Assembly (NCBI GenBank): GCA_964187785.1
Contig: OZ076409.1
Span: forward strand, 11,968,001-12,032,000
Length of the DNA stretch: 64,000 nucleotides
Direction: 5' to 3'
Origin: Amphiscolops sp. MND2022
Taxonomy: Eukaryota
A model generated the notes under the pieces. The model was not told the DNA's origin. It was given only the letters and a program-made list of their open reading frames with translations, and did no database searches. A program made the translations under genes and the position numbers. This document shows positions 55,230 to 64,000 of the stretch, piece after piece; positions within the stretch are counted from its first letter, which is position 1, and each line of letters starts with the position of its first letter.

Positions 55230-57039
55230 CTCTGTGTGTAGTTTTACCCAAAGTATTCAGTGAATGAACGAATTTTTCGACATGTCTTGCTGTTTTTGCG
55301 CTTTTTAAACTTTAAACATCCAAAAAATATTTTTTGAGTTGAAAAGTTGTGCTTTGTAGCTGTTCATTTCTTCGTAAACTTTCAAAAAATGCACGAAAAT
55401 GGTCGAAACAGTCGAAATTTAAAATGTTTTATTTCTGGAAACATGGCTGCGTTTTTTTTATCGAAAAACATCGAAAAGCATGGAAACACTGGAACTTCGC
55501 AAAATTTTGCTGTTAAATGACCAATTATCGGACATTTCAAGATTTTTTGACTATTCAGCGTCATTTCGAGACATTTCCAATGACACCTGTCCGATTTTTT
55601 TTTCAAATATGTTTCCTTGATAGCTGGTTTTTCGACTAGAGAAGTTTTGGATTCTGTAAGCAGCAAAAAAGTTCGAAATTGTTTTAAAAAGTTAAAAATT
55701 AGACAAATTCTGCAATGGTGACTATTTTGGTCATTTTGGTGGTTAATTTGGTTTTAAGGTTAAAGTTCAAAAACTCTACAAATACCTGTTCCACGAAACC
55801 CCTATCAATTGGGCATGGATTTGTGACAAATTTTAAAAGCGCTTCTCATTCAGAATTTTTTTGCCTTATGTAAACATGGACGGAAAATCATAAACTGTTC
55901 AATATCGTTAAATTACTAGTGAGTGAAACCTATACAGCGACGGTTGACAATACTGGGCCCATTTACAAGTTACAAACCAATAGAGTTATGAAAAATAATT
56001 TCTACTACATTTAAGGTCTCTGCTTTACATACATGTGAAGATTAGTGATAAAAAAGATTAGTGATAAAAAAGAACTTCAAGATGGCAAATTTCTTTTCAT
56101 AGCGAATAAATCTGATAACCCAGAAACAATTTTTATGCAGCAAAGGCTAAAGTAAATTAAACTATGGCGAAGAAATTTAAAGAAAGCTGCAACTAAAGTT
56201 TTCCATTTTTTGAAGAACTATCTAGTAATGATCTTTGGGGTCGCAATTTTCAACACCTCGATTGAATACTAGCTCAACGTTTGGCCCCGTCATTACCAAT
56301 TGGTATGATGTTTTGTCTTTATTTTCTCCCGTTTTCATGCGAGTAATCCGTGAGAAAACTTGGCCGACTTTTTTCCACTTCCGTTCTGACTGGATCGTTC
56401 GTGGTGGGATAAACTCTTGACGAGGGACGGTTTTAATACGAATGCTGTCATATTCAGATTTGTTCACGCCGCTCTCCAAGATCAGTATTCGAGCATCGAT
56501 CGTGTTGAAAGTGTTGTAAGAAAGATATAGCACTCTTGTGTTCGTCTGACTTCTTCGCACACGAATTTTAAGGAAAATTGACGTGTCATCTTGGCTTCCA
56601 CTTTCCGGGCTTTCAGTTTCAATCAAGCGAATTAATTCCCAGTTACCTGCAGTTGTGAACACACAATGTCAATTTATTCCATTGATGAAGCAAAAGTTTG
56701 GTAAGCAACAGAATATGTTGAAGTTATTGAAAAATATACATATTTTATAAGGAGTATTTAATTGCGACGCCAATCGGGCAATTTTGTTTTTTTTTCAAGA
56801 ATTGAGGAAAATTGGCTTTTGCGACTACCAAAATGCGTTTTCAAGAATGAGGAAAAGTGCACTACAAAGTGCTGCCGATTTGGCCGAAGAATTCACACAA
56901 TAATATTGGTAGTTCAAAAAGGAAATTTTCAAGTAGTTAAAAATTGTGATCAGGGACAATTTATATCGCATCATTTTGTTTTTGAAATTTTTCTTGGGGG
57001 CTCAATTTCCATTTTTGAAGGAGGCAAATGTATGGTGGT

Positions 57040-57378
57040 GGGGAGCATGGTGTAGTGGTTAGAGCATTCGGCCAGTACTGGGGCGGTTTCAGGTTCGAAA
57101 TTCTCTCAACTCACTATTGTTGGGCCTTAAGGAAGTCCTTCATCCCTAGCTTAGTGTTATGGTGATGACAAAAAATAACGCCTTTGGCAGATAAAAGCAA
57201 AACAAAAAGAGCAACGGTGAGCAGTCAGACCTTTGTGACCTTGAGCGAGTCACTTTGAAACCACAGCTTCAAGTCCACCATTACTTGATCACTTCGCTAC
57301 AAATATGGTACCATAGCTTGATCCGTGGAGATAGTATCCGAAAGGGCACAGACTTAGAAAAGCAGGACTGCTTATTCG
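57040..57378 (+). mobile_element. tRNA-derived SINE; truncated relatives at 22101-22260 (+) and ~22475-22560 (-)
   Basis: A box TGGTGTAGTGG, B box GGTTCGAAA, CORE-like TGTGACCTTGAGCGAGTCACTT, tail shared with 22110-22216. Confidence 0.65.
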
Positions 57379-57997
57379 GGTAAATTAACTTTTATGTTCT
57401 TGAATTTTTAAAACTCTTCGTGCGAAATTTCGAGATTATCGAACGAAAACAGTTCAAAATTTCCAGAAGAGCATGCAATTATTCACAACTCCTTACCCTC
57501 ATAAGGATCTCCCGGGAATATAGGTTGTTCTCTCATTCTTGCTGTAGGAATAACTTCTGCAAAACTGAAGTGCACTTGTTGACTTTCTTCTGATATTATG
57601 CAAGGGTACCAATACTTCTTTAAAAACTTTGGCTCTGTCAGCTTGAAACCACAGCCAAGGCAGTGGCCATTGACATAAAAGTAAACACAAATTGAGTCGC
57701 TTTTGCGTTCGAGAAGAGTCCCCACAGTTGTATCAAGTCCAGTGTTTTCCCAGAGATTAGCCAGGGGCAATCCGGCGCTTTTCAAATTGACCCCATCGAA
57801 GAACATTCCTTCGTTCATGTTTCTTTATGGTATTCCTTTGAAAGGATTTGAGTTTGAAAATAGAATTGACTCTCAACAAAACCTGTGAGAATTTCACGGC
57901 CTAAGACTGCCGCCATATATTGAATGAATCTTCAAGCAGCTTGATAAAAGCCGATAACTAGAGGGAAATGTTAACGCATTAAAGTTCGATACGAATT

Positions 57998-60900
57998 TTG
58001 GACAGCTGTCTCTTTCTCAGATGAAGCAATTTTAAATGGAGTGACTCTATTTTGAATTTAAACCTTGTGGCAATAATACTTTTGATTTCTCTTTTGAGTA
58101 AGGTTGTGATAGTAAACAACCTGTTAGTGGGAATGTATCTTTAAAGGGGTTATGTAATAATGACAGCATTTGCTCTGCCACATCCCCCACAATTAATGGA
58201 AAAGAAATCTGGTCTTTATCTTTACAGCAACCCAGTATCTAATTTGCTTCAACATTAATGTAAGTATTGCTACTACAAACGTAGCAACTCAAATGTTACT
58301 AAGTGCTCAAGTGCACTAAAATTTACTGCAAGTAAAGTTTTCAAAATTTGGGATCAGTTTTGTCTGCTCAGTTTTCTGTAGAGCTTTCTCTTGTATGGTG
58401 ACACCTGCGTCACCATCACAGTATTCTCGGAATAGTCTTATTTATTTCGACTCCTTTGACCTCGGCGTTTCTGGGTTTGGGTTTCTTGTACAGGAATGTT
58501 TTCTTCTGGGGTTTTTGTTCTTGTTCCGCCTGCTGGCTTGTTTCAGTTTGTCGTTCTTCATATTGCCGTCTTTCCCCCTCTGACTGTTGTTCGACTTCTC
58601 CGTTCTACGATTCGGATTGGATTGTAATTTGTTAGATCCATTGTTTTTGCACTTGTTTTGTTTGACGTTCGGCTATTTGTCTTTTCCGCATGTTTTGCTT
58701 CAAGCTAGCCCGCGCTGTTGCTGTTTCTTCTTGACTTGTTCTTGTGTTCCCGCGATTTCCGTTTGATTGGTCGTTTTGTTCGTTCTGTGTACTTTCTGAC
58801 TCACTATCGCTTGTTGCCGTTTCGGCGTGTTCTGCCATTTTGTTGTATTCAACCTGGTTTATTGAATAGCAGACGGGTTTCTTTAACGGCGGTTTATTGG
58901 CGAATTCAATCGTGCTGTTTTAGCTTTCCAAATCGGTCGAGCTCATCTTGTCAGTTTTGAAATGGAAGTCGTTCGCGTTAATTGTGGCATTATATACTCT
59001 TTAATATTTGTTCATTCTGTTTGCTCTCTCTTTCACACTTTCCGCTTTCTTCATTTTCGCACGCACATTCTTTTTGGGCCAGCTCGCCTGTGATTGGTTG
59101 ATTCGCTTCTAAAACCTGTTTCTGCTCATCTAAAACATCTAAAACTCAAAAGGTAACCCGCCATTACCAGTGTTCGTCCTGGTTCATGTGTTACGGTGAA
59201 TTCAAATGGTAAAAGCATATCTACCCACCTTACTACTTGAAGATGTTGCGTTTGCTCGATTTCTTTTCAACAACGATGTTAATGCTTTGTGATATGTTAC
59301 TACTACTAATTCAAATTTTGTTTCGTATACGTAATTTCGAAAGTTTTCTTCTGCCCAGACTACGGTTAATAGCTCTAGTTCATTTTTTAGTGTTTTTTAT
59401 TCGAAAGTGGTCATGAATCGTGATGCAAATTGGACTGGCCTCCAACTTGATTCGGTTTTCTGCTGGAGTACGTCAACGGACTTTATCCGCAGACAATTTT
59501 CATCGGTTGGTTCCTTTTGAAGTGTTGTATTTTTGTTACTGCTGGTATGGCTTTCTTTATTTCTTCAAATGCTCGGTCATGATTCTCTGTCCAGTTCCAT
59601 TCATTTTCTTTGCGCAGGAGGTCTCAGTAGTTCACATAACTGTGCCAGGTTTGGAATAAACCTGTTCATTTGGTTGATTGCCCCAAGAATGAGGAGAACA
59701 CTTTCAAGTTTTTCGGTTTTATTCTTTCTGTTATTGCTTGAATCTTTTCGTCAATTGGTTTGATTCCCTTTCGTGATAATATAAAATCCACCCACTCTGT
59801 TTGTTCTTGCGGAGTTTGACACTTTTCTAATTTCAGCCGAATTCCTGTTTCATCGCGTGTTCTCATCTTTTCCTCCACCTTTTCCATGTGCTGTTCTTTA
59901 CTCCCCTTCGTTTCAATCAGAATGTCGTCTATGAACTCGAAAGTTTTCCGAATGTTGTGCAGCAGTTAATTCATGAACCTTTGGAACTCGGGCGGCATTA
60001 TTGTCAGATAGTAGTACCCAGTGTTGAACGCATATGTTCCTGTCGCCCTTCCACCAAGTATTTGGGAAAGACAGTCCTCTGCTGTCGGTGGGTGCAGTTC
60101 TGTTAGTCCATATGCGTACAACATATCCAGCGATGTGAACACTACTGTTCCTGCTTCGTTTGCGTTGATAATCTCTGCCACTTGTTCCATTAAATTGTCC
60201 AAAATGGGCATTTGATACTTTTCCTTCTGGATGGCATTGTTCAGGCATCTGGAATCTAGTGCTAATTTGACATTTTTCTCCTTCTTGACAGTAACTACCA
60301 CAGGTTGTATGAAAACTTCGCCAATCATCTTCTCTACTCGTCGACTGTACCCTTCTGTTAGCAGTTTGTCAATTTCTTCCTCTACTGCTTCTCGTAGTTG
60401 TAGTGGCACACTCTCCTCCCCTTCTGTTGATTGGTTTTTGCGTCTTTCTTGAATTCAATTTTTATTTGATGCTCTTTTATTTTTCCTTGTTTTGTAAATA
60501 GTTTTGGAAATGTTTGTTTTGATTTTTCAATGTTAATGTTTTGGTTAAATATCTTATTAATGGCGTTAATATACTCACTGTTATTGTTTGCTTCCCCTTC
60601 TCTGAAGTTCAGTTGAGCTCGCCAGTTTCTTCCGATTAGCGATTTTTTCCATCCCGTGTTATGAATATTCGTGCATTTTTATTCTTCTTTCGCCCCACCT
60701 GTACATCTGATGTAATAAATGCCACTAAATTAGGCGGTTGGTTTTTGTATTCGACATATCTTCCACTTCTCGGCTATGGTCGTGCGAAACTCACGTCGAC
60801 CTCAAGAATTTTCCGGAAATCTGCAGCAGTGAAAATTGTGCTCGGGGAGCCTGACTCAATCATAGCTGTGAATGACTCTTTGTGTATCTTTCCCTTCCTG

Positions 60901-62048
60901 ACAAATGGTTGATTACCACTTTCGTTGACGTGTAGCATCATTTTGTCTTCATCACTCTCGCTGCCAGTTTCTGATTGGCCGTCGTCTCGTCCAATCAAGT
61001 TCACTCGTCTCATTCTGGCACGATTGGTGTTTCTTCCTCTTCCTCTCGAGTTGCCAGATTTTACTATTTCTACACTGTTCGTTGCTAGCTTAACAGCGGG
61101 ATGACAGGTCCGTTGTAAATTCAAATCAACATCTGGTGCATGGGTTTTTTTGTCGTTTACCAGGAAAACTGTTTCTTCTTTAATTTCGTACTTTCCTGTA
61201 CTTTTCTCTTCATACGTTTTGTGTTGTTGAATTCCCTCCTCGTACTCTACTGCAAACCTGAAAGCTTCCTGCGGATCTCCTTTTGGTTCAGTGCAGAGTC
61301 TTTCTTGTATTTATTTGTTGTTCATATTTTGTATGAACGCGTCCAATATGAGCCTCTCCGTCTGGTCTCACTCGGCTGCCATGCCCGTTAATGCGTGCCA
61401 AAATTGTCGCAAGGTTTCCTTTTCTTTCAATTTTCTTGCGAAAAAATTATGCGTTCCAATGTTCTTTTGCGAGGTTTCATGCAGGCTTGTTCGCAGTTTT
61501 CTTTTATCTCTGTCTCATCAATACTGTTGCTACAATAAACAAGCGGGAATTTGTCTGTCAGACTTTTTCTTGCCACCGTTCGCAATGATAAGAATAGTAG
61601 GCTGACTAACTTTCATTCTGGTGACTCTCATCCAGGTTATCAATCAATGCCGCATTTCGTGGTCTCTGCTCTGTCACATTTCGAAGTAACTTGTCGACAG
61701 ATATTGAAAATTTAGCATTTACAGCCGGCAACCATAAACAGGTTCCACTGCTCCTTCCATTCTTTTTAGCAGCAGTTTCTGGCGAATCCCAATATGCTGG
61801 CAATCCCGCAACTGCCGATGCTCCAGCCTTTTTGGCCATCTCACGCTGTCCGACAAATCTTGCAGCTCCATGTTCCAGCTGTCCCTTTCTTAGAAAAAAA
61901 ACAATTCGAATTTGGGCTAACTGTATTTTGAATTTAGACCTTGTGGCAATGACACGTTTGATTTCTTTTTTGAGTAAGGTTGTGTTAGTAAACCACCTGT
62001 TAGTGCCAATGTTTTTTTAAAGTGGTTATGTAAACTAGCTCTGCCACA
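57998..62048 (-). mobile_element. Degenerate Gypsy LTR retrotransposon with diverged ~180-bp LTRs (61871-62048, 57998-58182); integrase apparently deleted
   Basis: LTR starts TGTGGCAGAG; PPT GTGGGGGA; PBS-like TGGAGCTGC; gag LPAYWDSP, protease IESGSP, RT MPLQLRE...FIDD; the flanks rejoin into the repeat also seen at 18890-19060. Confidence 0.9.
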
Positions 62049-64000
62049 GAAAATCATGGCAAAAATTGCTGTCAACCTTCGATGCATGTGAAAAGTTTTA
62101 GCAGTTTGAACTAGGGTATATTACTGATGCCATCCAAATTTAATATTTCAATGTCTATCAAAAAGTCAGCAGACATGAATATTTTCAATATTAAAACTAG
62201 GCTTTGTAATAACGTTTATCTAAATCGTTCACATGGCCAAACACTGGCAGCAAAAGAACTAACTGATTTTGTTTTAATCGTATATCAAAACAATCGACGC
62301 CTGTTTAAAAAAATACTTCAATCGCAATCTTGTGAAAAAGACAATAAGAAACACGGCCGTAACATTCCTCTCCACTCCTTGTCTTTGACAAACTTTTTCT
62401 GGGTCATCCAACCTACGGTGCTTGCTGGTCCAAAATGTCTCACTTCAAAGTAAGAAAGGTCGCCTTCTGATAAACTGGGTTTCTGTCCCTGCCTAGAAAA
62501 ATTAACATCAAAGAGAACTCTGCAAGCTTCATTGTTCTGATGATCAAATGTAATGATTGAATTTCTTGGACATAACTTGACTCGGGTCCCGAATGTCATT
62601 ACACGAAGTGGCCCGGCTTCAAAAAGTGAGTTTCCAAGAAGACCATAAAAGTCGGATAAGGAATATTTTTCAGCATCAATTTTTGAAGAACTAGGTTTAG
62701 AGCCCATAACTGCTACTGCTGATTGGGGGAAACTGCTAATTTAACAAGGAACAACTAAGATATGGTGGTATTAGAACAACTGAGAAACAGCAGTAATAAG
62801 TTGAACTTTTTCAAAATAAAATGAACTTGTATTTATAAAATAAATTATCCTTGTGTAGTTTTTGAAAGCATTCAAAAGATAGAAAAACGTCTTGAAGAAT
62901 CTTCAGAGATAAGTTTATTTTAGGAGTTTTGCCAGACAGCTGGAAGGTTAGAGCAGTATTTAACCAGAATTTTTTGGAACTTTTGCCATTTCATAAAATT
63001 TACTCACTTTTTTTGACCCTTTAAAATGATTCATTGTGAGCAAAAAAATATTTCATTGCTGCTGTGAAAAAGCTGCTTGTTTTAAATTTAAGTCCTCCTT
63101 GTCCGATGAGTTATTTCAACGTTTCTATTTCGTAGGTTTGGCTTTGAAATGCTATTCGTTATACAACAAAAAATGCAAACGAGTATATTCTACTTAAAAC
63201 CAGTTGCCTTTCGTTTACTATTAGATAAAAAGAAAGTTGTCATCATTTAACATCCTATTTGAACGACGTTTAAGAGTATATAGTTTGAGCTATACATGTA
63301 TTAGGTCTTACCAAAAAACCAAATAGTTCAGAGATTCTTCTAATTACAACATTATAAAGAGCGTTTATTGTCACAGAACTTGAAATCTTGAGAAAATGCG
63401 CTGGGGTATTTTGTATTTTACGTAAAGTACTTGTTACAAGTGACCTGAGATCGAAGAAAACTTTTGAAATTTCGATGAAAGTTTGCCCATTTCTATTTAT
63501 ACATTCATTGTGTGTGATAAAACATATATAAACATGTTCTATAACAACGAGAAATGGCTACATCCCCGACGATAATATGAATTGTCTACAATATTCTCTG
63601 CTAATTTCGTTTGAGTAATTATTGAGTTCATCCATGCCAGAAAAAAAATGCGAAAACGACAAAAATACTTTCACGGAATGAATTTGTTTTCTTGAGATTA
63701 ACTATCGATGGAGTAAAATTTTGAAAAAAAAGTCCGGAAAAAAGTTACTGTGCCCATTTTGAAACGATTGAATACAATCAGTTGAGTTTTTTTGTGGATA
63801 ATTGTTGTGAAGCGGATTAAAAATCCAGACAAATTTCGCGACCGGTGATGAAAGCTACTATACCTTGTCAGTCAGTGAATATGCCTCAAAAGCACTTAAC
63901 AGTCCAACATTTAACACTGAGAATTTTTGCATTTAATAAAAAACTATTCTTAGCAAAAACATCCGAAAACCAAAGGAGGACTTTTTGGTAGAATAAAAAA

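Larger units (their letters stand above)
56222..62707 (-). pseudogene. Possible SPRY/B30.2-like host gene fragments (62707-62318, ~57880-57497, 56646-56222)
   Basis: YFEV...VGW and VGTLLE...YFYVNGHCLGCGF...WYPCI resemble SPRY; phase-1 donor at 57496 and acceptor at 56647 join in frame; upstream junction unresolved, stops present. Confidence 0.4.

Noticed and set aside
57040..57112. tRNA gene
   Set aside because: A and B boxes present but no convincing cloverleaf; continues into a SINE body

Overview
Eukaryotic, animal-like, AT-rich genomic DNA dominated by nested transposable elements. There is one clear host gene, a 3-exon, 377-aa actin (41018-43270), and a possible decayed SPRY-like gene near the right end. 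The most notable object is a large Ty3/Gypsy-type LTR retrotransposon at 1-13560 whose 5' part lies outside the window. After its pol it carries an antisense five-exon gene (~1317 aa, four GT-AG introns) that looks like a catalytically dead hAT-transposase derivative with a BED-like zinc finger. A polypurine tract follows, then a ~4-kb putative 3' LTR that itself contains an accessory ORF and the start of a gag-like ORF. About 13 copies of a 23-bp motif (GACC-N3-GGTC-M-N4-GACGGCA) are spread across pol, the antisense gene and the LTR. Two unrelated LTRs (29063-~29930 and 49679-52100) show the same ORF-starts-inside-the-LTR layout. The rest comprises three more degenerate Gypsy elements, a LINE, a Crypton-like tyrosine recombinase remnant, Helentron-like non-autonomous repeats, hAT- and Merlin-like MITEs, a tRNA-derived SINE and two spacer-less palindromes. 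All homology calls come from reading motifs by eye; no searches were run.
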